A stretch of 64,000 nt of DNA from the human T2T-CHM13v2.0 reference genome, Homo sapiens, in assembly GCF_009914755.1 (NCBI RefSeq), contig NC_060947.1; one strand, written 5' to 3'. The notes under the pieces are model-generated. The model was not told the DNA's origin. It searched no databases and worked only from the letters and a program-made list of their open reading frames with translations. The translations under genes were made by a program, and so were the position numbers. Shown here in pieces: positions 12,034 to 27,463 of this stretch. Within the stretch, counting starts at the first letter, position 1. Each line of letters opens with the position of its first letter.

Positions 12034-15000
12034 AAAATATTTTTAAGTTCAGTGGTACATGTGCAGGTTTGTCATATAGGTAAACTCATGTCACAGGGGT
12101 TTGTTGTATAGAATATTTTGTCACCCAGGTGTTAAGCCTAGTCCCCAGTAGTTATTTTTCTAATCCTCTCTCTCCTATCCCCACCCTCAGGGAGGCCCCA
12201 GTGTCTATTGTTCTCCTCTTTGTTTTCATGTGTCTTCGTTATATAGCTCCCACTTCTAAGAGACAACATGCAGAATATGCTTTTCTGTTCCTGTATTAGT
12301 TGGTGAAGGATAGTGATCTCCAGCTCCATCCATGTTTCTACAAAGGATATGATGTCGTTCTTTTCTACAACTGCATAGTATCCCATGGTGTATATATACC
12401 ATATTTTCTTTATCCAGTCTAGCCATCGATGCCATTTAGGTTGATTTCATGTCTTTGCTATTATGAACAGTGATGCAATGAAGATACACATGCATGTGTT
12501 TTTATGATAGAATGATTTATATTCCTTTAAGTATATACCTAGTGATGGGGCTCCTTGGTCAAATGGTAGTTCTATTTTTAGGTTTTTGAGGAAACACCAC
12601 ACTGCTTTCCACAATCACTGAACTAATTTATGCTACCACTACCAGAGTATAAGCATTTCCTTTTCTCTGCAACCTCACCAGCATCTGTTATTTTTGACTT
12701 TTTTGTAGTAGCCATTCTGATTGATGTGAGATGGTATCTCATTGTGTTTTAGACTTGCATTTTTCTAATGATTAGTGATGTTGAGCTTTTTTTATCATAT
12801 GATTGTTGGCTGCACGTATGTCTTCTTTTGAAACGTGTCTGTTCATGTCTTTGTCCACTTTCCAATGGGGTTGCTTTTTTCCTGTAAATTTGTTCAAGTT
12901 CCTTATAGATGCTGGATATTAGACCTTTGCTGGACAAAGAGTTTGCAAAAATTTTCTCCCATCCAGCAGGTTATCTGTTTACTCTGTTGATAACTTATTT
13001 TGCTGCACAGAAGCTCTTTAGTTTAATTAGAACCCATTTGTCAATTTTTCCTTTTGTTGCAATTGCTTTTATCTTCTTTATCATGAAATCTTTGCCCATT
13101 CCTATGTCAAGAATGATATTATCTAGTTGTCTTCCAGGATTTTCATAGTTTGGGTTTTACAATTAAGTCTTTAATCCATCTTGAGCTGATCTTTGTATAT
13201 GGTGTATATGGGGTCTGGTTTCAATCTTCTGCATATGGCTAGCCAGTTATCCCAGCACCATTTAATGAATAGGGAGTCCTTTCTACATTGTTTGTTTTTG
13301 CCACCTTTGTTGAATATCAGATGGTTGTTGGTGTGTGGCCTTATTTCTGGGCTATGTATTTTGTCCCATTGGTCTATGTGCCTGCTTTTGTACCAGTACC
13401 ATGCTGTTTTTTTTACTGATCCCTGTAGTATAGTTTGAAGTCAGGTAGTGTGATGCCTCCAGCTTTGGTCTTTTTGCTTAGGATTGCCTTGGCTATTTGG
13501 GGCTCTGTTTTTGTTTCGTATTAATTTTTTTTAATTTTTAATTTTTTTATTTTAATAGGCTTTTGGAGAAACAGGTGGTGTTTAGTTACATTAGTAAGTT
13601 CTTTAATGGTGATCTCTGAAATTATTGATGTACCCATTACCCGAGCAATGTACATTGTACCCAGTGTGTAGTCTTTTATCCTTCACCCCCAATCATTTCT
13701 CCCAAGTTTCCAAAGTCCAGTGCATCATTCTTATGCCTTTGCATCCTCATAGCTTATCTCCCACATATGAGTGAGAACATACAATGTTTGTTTTTTACTC
13801 CTGAGTTACTTCACTTAGAATAATAGTCTCCAATTCCATCCAGGTTGCTGTGAATGTCATTATGTTGTTCCTTTTTATGGCAGAGTAGTATTCCATGGTA
13901 TATATATTGTCCACTCATTGATTGATGGGCATTTGGGCTTGTTTCATATTTTAGCAATTGCAAATTGTGCTGCTATAAACATGTGTGTACAAGTATCTTT
14001 TTCATACAATGACTTATTTTCCTCTGGGTAGATACATAGTAGTGGGATTGCTGAATCAAATGGTAGACCTACTTTTAGTTCTTTAAGGAATCTACACACT
14101 GTTTTTCATAGTTTACATTCTTGCCAACAGTGTAAAAGTGTTCCCCTTTCACCACATCCACACCAACATCTATTATTTTTTGATTATTTGATTATGGTCA
14201 TTCTTGAAAAAGTGAGGTGGTATCACATTGCAGTTTTGATTTGCATTTCTCAGATACTTAGTGATGTTGAGCATTTTTCCATATGCCTGTTGGCCATTTG
14301 TATACCTTTTTTTGAGAATTGTCTATTCATGTCCTTTTTATGGGGTTGTTTTTTTCTTACTGATTTGTTTCAGTTCTTTGTATATTCTGGATATCCTTTG
14401 TTGGAGATGTAGATTGTGAAGATTTTCTCCCACTCTGTGGATTGTCTGTTAACTCTACTGATTAATTCTTTTGCTGTGCAGAAGCTTTTCAGTTTAATTA
14501 AGTCCCATCTATTTATCTTTGTTTTTGTTGCATTTGCTTTTGGGTTCTTGGTCATGAAGTTTTTTCCTCAGCCTATGTCTAGAAGGGTTTTTTTTTATGT
14601 TATCTTCTAGAATCTTTATGGTTTCAGGTCTTACATTTAAGTCTTTGGTTCATCTTGAGTTGATTTTTTGTATAAGGTGAGAGATGAGGATCCAGTTTTA
14701 CTATTCTACGTGTGGCTTGCCAATTATCTCAGCACCATTTCTTGAACAAGGTGTTCTTTCCCCACTTTATGTTTTTGTCACTCTGTTGAGGATCAGTTGG
14801 CTGTAAGTATTTGGCTTTATTCCTGGGTCTCTATTATGTTCCATTGGTCTATGTGTCTATTTTTATACCAGTACCATGCTGTTTTGGTGACTATGGCTTT
14901 ATAGTATAATTTGAAGTGGGTAATGTGATGCCTCCAGATTTTTTCTTTTTGCCTAGTCTTGCTTTGACTATGTGGACACTTTTTTGGTTCCATATTAATT

Positions 15001-15265
15001 TTAGAATTTTTTTTTCTAATTCTGTGAATAATGATGGTGGTATTTTGATGGGAATTGTGTTGAATTTGTAGATTGCTTTTGGCAGTATGGCCATTTTCAC
15101 AATATTGATTCTACCCATCCATGAGTATGGGATGTGTTTCCATCTGTTTGTGTTGTCTAAGATTTCCTTCAGCAGTGTTTTGTAGTTGTCCTTGTAGAAG
15201 TTTTTCACCTCTTTAATTAGGTAGGTTCCTAACTTTTTTTGTTTTGTTTTTGTTTTTGTTTTTAT

Positions 15266-15503
15266 TGTGTGTGTGTGTGTGTGTGTGTGTTTATTATACT
15301 TTAAGTTTTAGGGTACATGTGCACAATGTGCAGGTTTGTTACATATGTATACATGTGCCATGTTGATGTGCTGCACCCATTAACTCGTCATTTAGCATTA
15401 GGTATATCTCCTAATGCTATCCCTCCCCCCTCCCCCCACCCCACAACAGTCCCCAGAGTGTGATGTTCCCCTTCCTGTGTCCATGTGTTCTCATTGTTCA
15501 ATT
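15266..15503 (-). mobile_element. Short young L1PA (L1PA3-like) 3' end nested in L1PB, with a (GT)n tail
   Basis: (gt)n then ttattatactttaagttttagggtacatgtgcac...tttagcattagg...gtccccagagtgtg. The host L1PB resumes at gtaaaaggagtagag. Confidence 0.9.
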
Positions 15504-18012
15504 GTAAAAGGAGTAGAGTTCTTGATTTGATTCTCAGCTAGGTCATTGTCAGTGTATAGCACAGCTACTGATTTGTGTGTGTTAATTTTCTATCCTGAAA
15601 CTTGCCGAATTCATTTACCAGTTCTATGAGCTTTTTGGATGAGTCTTTAGGTTATGCTATGTATACGATTATATCATCAGCAAATGGTGACAGTTTGACT
15701 TCCTCTTTACCAATTTGGATGCCCTTGATTTCTTTTTCTTGTCTGATTACTCTGGCTAGGAATTTCTGTACTATTTTGAATAGAAGTGGTGAAAGTGGGC
15801 ATCCTTCTCTTGTTCCAGTTCTCAGGGGGAATGCTTTTAACCTTTCCCTATTTGGTATAATGTTAGCTGTGTGTTAGTCATAGATGGTTTTTATTACCTC
15901 AAGTTATGTCCCTTCTATGCTGATTTTGCTGAGGGTTTTAAATATAACAGGATGCTGAATTTTGTGAAATGCTTTTTCTGTGTCTATTGAAATGATCATG
16001 AAATTTTTGTTTTTAATTCTGTTTATGTGATGTATCACATTTATTGACTTATGTATTTTAAACCATCCCCACATCTCTGGTATGAAACCCACTTGATCAT
16101 GGTTAATTATCTTTTTGATATGCTGTTGAATTCAATTACCTAGTATTTTGTTGAGGATTTTTGCATCTGTGTTCATCAGGGATATTGGCCTGTAGTTTTC
16201 TTTTTTTCTTATGTCCTTCCCTGGTTTTGGTATTAGGGTGATACTGGCTTCATAGAATGAATTTAGGGAGAATTCCCTCTTTCTCAATCCTGTGGAATAG
16301 TGTCAATAGGATTGGTACTTTCTTCTTTGAACATCTGACAGAATTCAGCTGTGAATCTGCCTGGTCCTGGACTTTTTTTTGTTGGCAATTTTTTATTACC
16401 ATTTCAATCTCACTGCTTATTATTGGTCTGTTCAGAGATTCCATATCTTCCTGGTTTAATCTAAGAGGGTTGTATCTTTCCAGGAATTTATCCATCTCCT
16501 CTAGGTTTTCTAGTTTATGTGCATAAACTTGCTCATAGTAGCCTTGAATAATCCTTTGTATTTCTGTGGTATGAGTTGTAATATCTCCTGTTTATTTCTG
16601 ATTGAGCTTACTTGGATATTCTCTCTTTTCTTGGTTAATCTTGCCAATGGTCTATCAATTTTATTTATCTTTTCAAAGAACCACCTTTTTGTTTCATTAA
16701 TCTTTTGTATTTTTGTTGTTGTTATTGTTGTTTCAATTTCACTTAGTTTTGCTCTGATTTTCATTATTTCTTTTATTCTTCTGGGTTTGGGTTTGGTTTG
16801 TTATTGTTTCTTCAGTTCCATGGGGTGTGACCTTAGATTTTCTATTTGTGCTCTTTCAGGCTTTTTAATATAGGCATTTAATGCCATGAACTTTCCTTTT
16901 AGCACCACTTTAACATCCCCAAAATATCATACCAGCTCATCAGCAATGGATCCAAACAAAGACAAAATCTCTGAATTGCCAGAAAAGGAATTCAGAGGGT
17001 CAATTATTAAGCTAATCAATAAGTCACCAGAAAAAGGTGAAGTTCAACTTAAGGAAATAAAAAATATGATACAGGATATGAAAGGAAAATTGTTCGGTGA
17101 AATAGATAATATAAATAAAAAGAAATCACAACTTCTGAAAATCAAGGACACACTTAGAGAAATGCAAAATGCACTGGAAAGTCTCAGCAACAGAATCAAA
17201 CAAGCAGAAGAAAGAACATCAGGGCCCAAAGACAAGGCTTTCAAATTAGCCCAACTTGTCAAGGACAAAGAAAAAAGAGTAAAAAAAAAAAATAAACAAA
17301 GCCCCTAAGAAGTTTGGGACTATGTTAAACATCCAAATCTAATAATAATTGGTATTCCCAAGAAAGAAGAGAAATCAAAACATTTGGAAAACATTTTTGA
17401 GGGAATAATTGAGGAAAACTTCCCTGGCCTTGCTAGAGATTAAGACATCCAAATACAAGAAGCTCAAAGAACACCAGGGAAATTCGTTGCAAAAAGATCA
17501 TTGCCTAGGCACCCTGTCATCGGGTTATCTAAAGTCAAGATGAAGGAAAGAATCTAAAGAGCTGTGAGGCAAAGTATCAGGTAACCTATAAAGGAAAATG
17601 TATCAGATTAACAGAAGAGTTCTCAGCAGAATCCTTACAAGCTAGAAGAATTTGGGGTCCTATTTTTAGCCTCCTTAAACAAAACAATTATCAGCAAAGA
17701 ATTTTGTATCCAGCAAAAAAAATAAAGTCTCTTCCAGATGAACAAATGTTAAGAGAATTTGCCACTACCAAGCCAGCACTACAAGAACTGCTAAAATGGA
17801 ACTCTAAATGTTGAAACAAATTCTCAACATGCACCAAAATAGAAGCTTCTTAAAACATAAATCTCACAGAACCTATATGACAATAACATAATGAAAAATA
17901 CCCAAAGTATTCGGGCAACAAATAGCATGAAAAATAGTATAGCAACTCACATCTCAATACTAACATTGAATGTAAATGGCCTAAATGCGCCACTTAAAAG
18001 ATACAGAATGGC

Positions 18013-18275
18013 TGTAATCCCAGCACTTTAGGAGGTGGAGGCAGGCAGATCATGAGGTCAGGAGATCAAGACCATCCTGGCTAACATGGTGAAACCCTGT
18101 CTCTACTAAAAATACAAAAACTTAGCCAGGTGTGGTGGTGGACGCCTGCAGTCCCAGCTACTCGGGAGGAGAATGGTGTGAACCCAGAAGGCAGAGCTTG
18201 CAGTGAGCTGAGATCACACCACTGCACTCCAGCCTGGGCAAAAGTGCAAGACTCCATCTCAAAAAAAAAAAAAAA
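18013..18275 (+). mobile_element. Alu (AluY-like), slightly 5'-truncated
   Basis: 17-bp TSD aaaagatacagaatggc (17996-18012 / 18276-18292) and an A tail. Confidence 0.95.
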
Positions 18276-19964
18276 AAAAGATACAGAATGGCAAAAAGGA
18301 GAAGAATTCACCAATCAAGTTTCTTTGGCCTTCAGGAGACTCACCTAACACATAAGGACTCACATAAACTTAAGGTTAAAGGATGGAAAAAGATATTCCA
18401 TGCAAATGGACACCAAAAGCAAGCAGGAGTAGCTATTCTTATATCAGACAAAAAAAAAACTTTAAAGCAACAGCAGTTTAGAAATACAAAGAGGGATATT
18501 ACACAATGATAAAAGGAGTAGTCCAACAGGAAAATATCACAATTCTAAATACATATGCACCTCACACTGGAGCTTCCAAATTTATAAAACAATTGCTACT
18601 AGACCTAAGAATTGAGATAGATGGCAACAAAATACTGATGGGGGTTATGTATGAGTTTTTAAATATTTTTTCTACTTGTGTGAAGAATGTCATTGGTAAT
18701 TTCATAGGAATAGCATTGAACCTATAAATTGCTTTGGGAAGTATGGCCATTGTAAGCAGATTGAGTCTTTCTATCCATGAGCATGGAATGTTTTTCTATT
18801 TGTTTTTGTCATCTCTGATTTCTTTGAACAATGTATTGTAGCTCTCATTGCAGAGATATTTCAGCTTCCTGGTTAGCTATATTTCTATGTATTTTACCCT
18901 TTTTGTGGCAATTGTGGACGGAATTGCATTCCTGATTTGGCTGTCAGCTTGACTGTTGGTGTATAGGAATGCTAGCAATTTTGGTACATTGATTTTGTAT
19001 TCTGAGATTTCATTGAAGATGTTTATCAGCTTAAGGAGCATTTGAGCTAAGACCATGGGATTTTTCAGCTATATAATCATGTTATCTGTAGGCAGCAATA
19101 GTCTGACTTCCTCTCTTCCTATTTGAATGCCCTTTATTTCTTTCTTTTGCCCGATTACTCTGGCCAGGACTTCTAATACTATGCTGAATAGGAGTGGTAG
19201 AGAGCACATACTTTTCTTGTGTTGGTTTTCAAAGGGAATGCTTCCAGCTTTTTCCCATTCAGTGTGATGTGGGTTGTGGATTTTTCATAGACGGCTCTTA
19301 TTATTTTGAGGTATGTTCCTTCAATACCTAGATTATTGAGAATTTTAAATTTAAAATGAAAGGCTGTTGAATTTTATTGAAGGAATTTTCTACATTTATT
19401 GAGATAATCATGTGGTTTTGTCTTTAGCTCTTTTTATGTAATAAGTCACATTTATTGATTTGCATATGTTGAAACAACTTTGCATTCCAGAGATGAAGCC
19501 TACTTGTTTGTGGTGGATAAGCTTTTTTATTTGCTGCTGGGTTTGGTTTGCCAGTGTTTTGTTGGGGATTTTTGCATAAATGTGCATCAAGGATACCAGC
19601 CTGAAGTTTCTTTTTCTGTTGTGCCTCTGCCAGGTTTTGGAATCAGGATGATGCTGGTCTCATATAATGAGTTAGGGAGGAGGCCTTCCTAGTCAATTTT
19701 TTTTGGAATAATTTCAGTAGGAATGGGACTAGCTCTTCTTTGTACATCTGATAGCATTAGACCGTGAATCCGATCCTGGGCTTTTTTGTTTTGTTTTGTT
19801 TTGTTTGGTAGGCTATTTTTACACATTCAATTTTGGAGATTATTATTAGTCTGTTCAGGGATTGAAATTATCTCTGGTTCAGTATATGTGTACAGGAATT
19901 TATCCATTTTTTTTTAGGTTTCCTAGTTTGTGTGCAAAGCAGTGTTTTAATATTCTCTGATGGT

Positions 19965-20248
19965 GGCTCACACCTGTAATCCCAGCACTTTGGGAGGTTG
20001 AGGCGGGTGGATCATGAGGTCGGGAGATCCAGACCATCCTGGCTAACACAGTGAAACCCTGTCTCTACTAAAAATACAAAAAAATTAGCCTGGCATGGTG
20101 GCAGGTGCCTGTAGTCCCAGCTACTCAGGAGAATGAGGCAGGAGAATGGCGTGAACCCAGGAGATGGAGCTTGCAGTGAGCCAAGATTGCACCACTGCAC
20201 TCCAGCCTGGGCAACAGAGCAAGACTCTGTCTCAAAAAATGTATATGT
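19965..20248 (+). mobile_element. Alu (AluY-like)
   Basis: 15-bp TSD atattctctgatggt (19950-19964 / 20249-20263). Confidence 0.95.
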
Positions 20249-21525
20249 ATATTCTCTGATGGTTATTTATATTTATATAGGGTTGGTAGTAACATCTCCT
20301 TTGTCACTGCTAATTTGGATTGTTTGAATCTTCTCTCTTTTCTTTATTTTTCTAGCTAGTGGTCTATATTTTATTAATTTTTTTTCAAAAAATACAACTT
20401 CAGTTATTAATTTTTTGAATGGTTTTTCTTTTGAATGCTTGAGCTCAAATCTCCTTCAGTTCAGCTCTGATTTTGATTTTGGTTATTTCTGGTCTTCTAC
20501 TAGCTTTGGGGTTGGTTTTCTCTTCATGCTCTAGTTCTTTTAGTTGAGATAATTGCTTTTGGTTCCCTAGTTTTTTTAGTTGTGATGTTAGGTTTTTAAA
20601 TGGAGATCTTTCATACTTTTTGATGTAGGCATTTTGTATTATAAATTTCCCTCTTAACACTACCTTAGCTGTGACCCAGAAATTATGGTATGTTTTATCT
20701 TTGTTCTCATTAGTTTCAAAGAACTTCTTCATTTCTACCTTAATTTCATTATTTACCCAAAAGTCATTCAGGAGTAGGTTATTTAATTTTCATGAGATTG
20801 CAGAGTTTTGAGTCATATTCTTGGTCTGGATTTCTCAATTTATTGTGCTGTGGTCCAAGACAGTGGTTGGTATTATTTTGGTTCTTTTGTATTTGCTGAA
20901 GATTGTTTTATGTCCAATTATGTGGTCAATTTTGAAGTATGTGCCATATTGTGATGAGAAAAAATGTCTATTCTATTGTTTTGGGGTGAAGAGCTCTGTA
21001 GATATCAGGTCCATTTGATCCAGTGCTGAGTTGAGGTCCTGAGTATCTTTGTTAATGTTTTGTCTTGATGATCTGTCTGATACTGTCAGTGTGGTGTTGA
21101 AGTCTCCCACTATTATTGTGTGAGAATCTAAGTCTCTTTGAAGTCTCTAAGAACTTTATAAATCTTGGCACTCCTGTGTTGGGCTCATTTATTTAGAATA
21201 GGTAGGTCTTGTTTAGTTGGACCATTTAACATTATGTAATGCCCTTCTTTGTCTTTTTAAGTATTTGTTAGTTTAAAGTCTGTTTTTTTCTTGTTCTTGT
21301 TCTTTTTCTTTCTTCTTTTATTATTATACTTTAAGTTCTAGGGTGTATGTGCACAACGTGCAAGTTACTTACATATGTATACATGTGCCACACTGGTGTG
21401 CTGCACCTGTTACCTCGTCATTTACATTAGGTATATCTCCTAATGCTATCCCTCTCCCCTTCCCCAACCCCATGACAGGCCCCCCTGTGTGATGTTCCCT
21501 TCCTGTGTCCAAGTGTTCGCATTGT

Positions 21526-25354
<3,829 letters not shown>

Positions 25355-25417
25355 TATGATGTTAGCTGTTTATTTTGCTCGTTAGTTGATGCAGTTTCTT
25401 CCTAGCATTGATGGTCT

Positions 25418-26434
25418 TTACAATTTGGCATACTTTTGCAGTGGCTGGTACCGGTTTCTCCTTTCCATGTTTCAGGCTTCCTTCAGGAGCTCTTTTAAGG
25501 CAGGCCTGGTGGTGACAAAATCTATCAGCATTCACCTGTCTGTGAAGGATTTTATTTCTCCTTCATTTATGAAGTTTAGTTTGGCTGGATATGAAATTCT
25601 GTGTTGAAAATTCTTTTCTTTAAGAATGTTGAATATTGGCCCCCACTGCCTTCTGGCTTGTAGAGTTTCTGCCAAGAGATCCGCTGTTAGTCTGATGGGC
25701 TTCCCTTTGTGGGTAACCCGACCTTTCTCTCTTGCTGCCCTTAATATTTTTTCCTTCATTTCAACTTTGGTGAATCTGACAATTATGTGTCTTGCAGTTG
25801 CTCTTCTCAAGGAGTATCTCTGTGGCATTCTCTGTATTTCCTGAATTTGAATGTTGGCCTGCCTTGCTAGATTAGGGAAGTTCTCTTGGATAATATCCTG
25901 AAGAGTATTTTCCTACTTGGTTCCATTCTTCCCTTCACTGTCAGGTGCACCAATCAGATGTAGATTTGGTCTTTTCACATGGTCCCATGTTTCTTGGAGG
26001 CTTTGTTCATTTCTTTTTACTCTTTTTTCTCTAAACTTTTCTTCTCACTTCATTTCATTCATTTGATCTTCAATCACTGATACCCTTTCTTCCAGTTGAT
26101 CAAATCAGCTACTGAAGCTTGTGCATGTGTCATGTAGTTCTCATGCCATGGTTTTCAGCTCCATCAGGTCATTTAAGGACTTCTCTACACTTGTTATTCT
26201 AGTTAGCCATTCATCTCATCTTTTTTCAAGGTTTTTAGCTTCTTTGTGATGGGTTTGAACATCCTCCTTTAGCTCAGAGAAGTTTGATCATCTGAAGCCT
26301 TCTTCTGTCAACTCGTCAAAGTCATTCTCCATCCAGCTTTATTCCATTGCTGGCAAGGAGCTGCATTCCTTCAGAGGAGAAGAGGCACTCTGATTTTTAG
26401 AATTTTCAGCTTTTCTGCTCTGGTTTCTCCCCAT
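25418..26434 (-). pseudogene. L1 ORF1, disrupted
   Basis: ATGGGGAGAAACCAG at 26434 to ...AAATTGTAA at 25418 (1017 bp). The fragment RHIIVRFTKVEMKEKILRAAREK...YPAKL is present, but there is no full-length ORF. Confidence 0.9.
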
Positions 26435-27299
26435 CTTTGTGGTTTTATCTACCTTTGGTTTTTTGATGATGGTGATGTACAGATGGGGTTTTGGTGTGGT
26501 TGTCCTTTCTGTTTGTTAGTTTTCCTTCTAACGGTCAGGAACCTCAGCTGTAGGTCTGTTGGAGTTTGCTGGAGGTCCACTCCAGACCCTGTTTCCCTGG
26601 GTATCACCAGCGGAGGCTGCAGAACAGCGACTATTGCAGAACAGCAAATGTTGCTGCCTGATTGTTCCTCTGGAAGCTTCATCTCAGGGGGGCACCCAGC
26701 AGTGTGAGGTGTCAGTCGGCCCCTACAGGGGCTGCCTCCCAGTTAGGCTACTCAGGGTTCAGGGACCCACTTGAGGAGGCAGTCTGTCCGTTCTCAGATC
26801 TCAAACTCAATGCTGGGAGAACTACTACTCTCTTCAAAGCTGTCAGACAGGGACATTTAAGTCTGCAGAGTTTTCTGCTGCCTTTTGTTCAGCTATGCCC
26901 TGCCCCCAGAGGTGGAGTCCTACGGAGGCAGGCAGGCCTCCTTGAGCTGCAGTGGGCTCCACCCAGTTTGAGTTTCCTGGCTGCTTTGTTTACCTCCTCA
27001 AGCCTCAGCAATGGCAGGCACTCCTCCCCCAGCCTCACTGCCACCTTGCAGTTTGATCTTAGACTGCTGTGCTAGCAATGAGTGAGGCTCCGTGGATGTG
27101 GGACCCTCCGAGTGAGGTACGGGATATAATCTCCTGCTGTGCCATTTGCTAAGACCATTGGAAAAGCCCAGTATTAGGGCGGGAGTGACCCAGTTTTCCA
27201 GGTGCCATCTGTCACTGCTTTCCTTGCCTAGGAAAGGGAATTCCCTGACCCCTTGTGCTCCCTGGGTGAGGCGATGCCTCGCTGTGCTTCGGCTGTCAC

Positions 27300-27463
27300 T
27301 CGGTGGGCTGCACCCACTGTCCTGCACCCACTGTCTGACAAGCCCCAGTGAGATGAGCCTTGTACCTCAGTTGGAAATGCAGAAATCACCCATCTTCTCC
27401 ATCACTCATACTGGGAGCTGTAGACTGGAGCTGTTCCTATTCGGCCATCTTGGAACCTCCCTC
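27300..27463 (-). promoter_or_regulatory. L1 internal sense promoter with YY1 site
   Basis: CAAGATGGCCG near the 5' end is the established L1 YY1 motif. Confidence 0.7.

Larger units (their letters stand above)
13529..18643 (-). mobile_element. L1PB element with a large 5' inversion (13529-16910 antisense; 16911-18643 sense ORF1 + ORF2 endonuclease start)
   Basis: L1PB 3' UTR (aacaggtggtgtttagttacattagtaagttc). The strand switches at ~16910 to ORF1 (MDPNKDKISELPEKEFR). Degenerate TSD gtttcgtattaatttt (13513-13528) / gttatgtatgagtttt (18644-18659). Confidence 0.85.
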
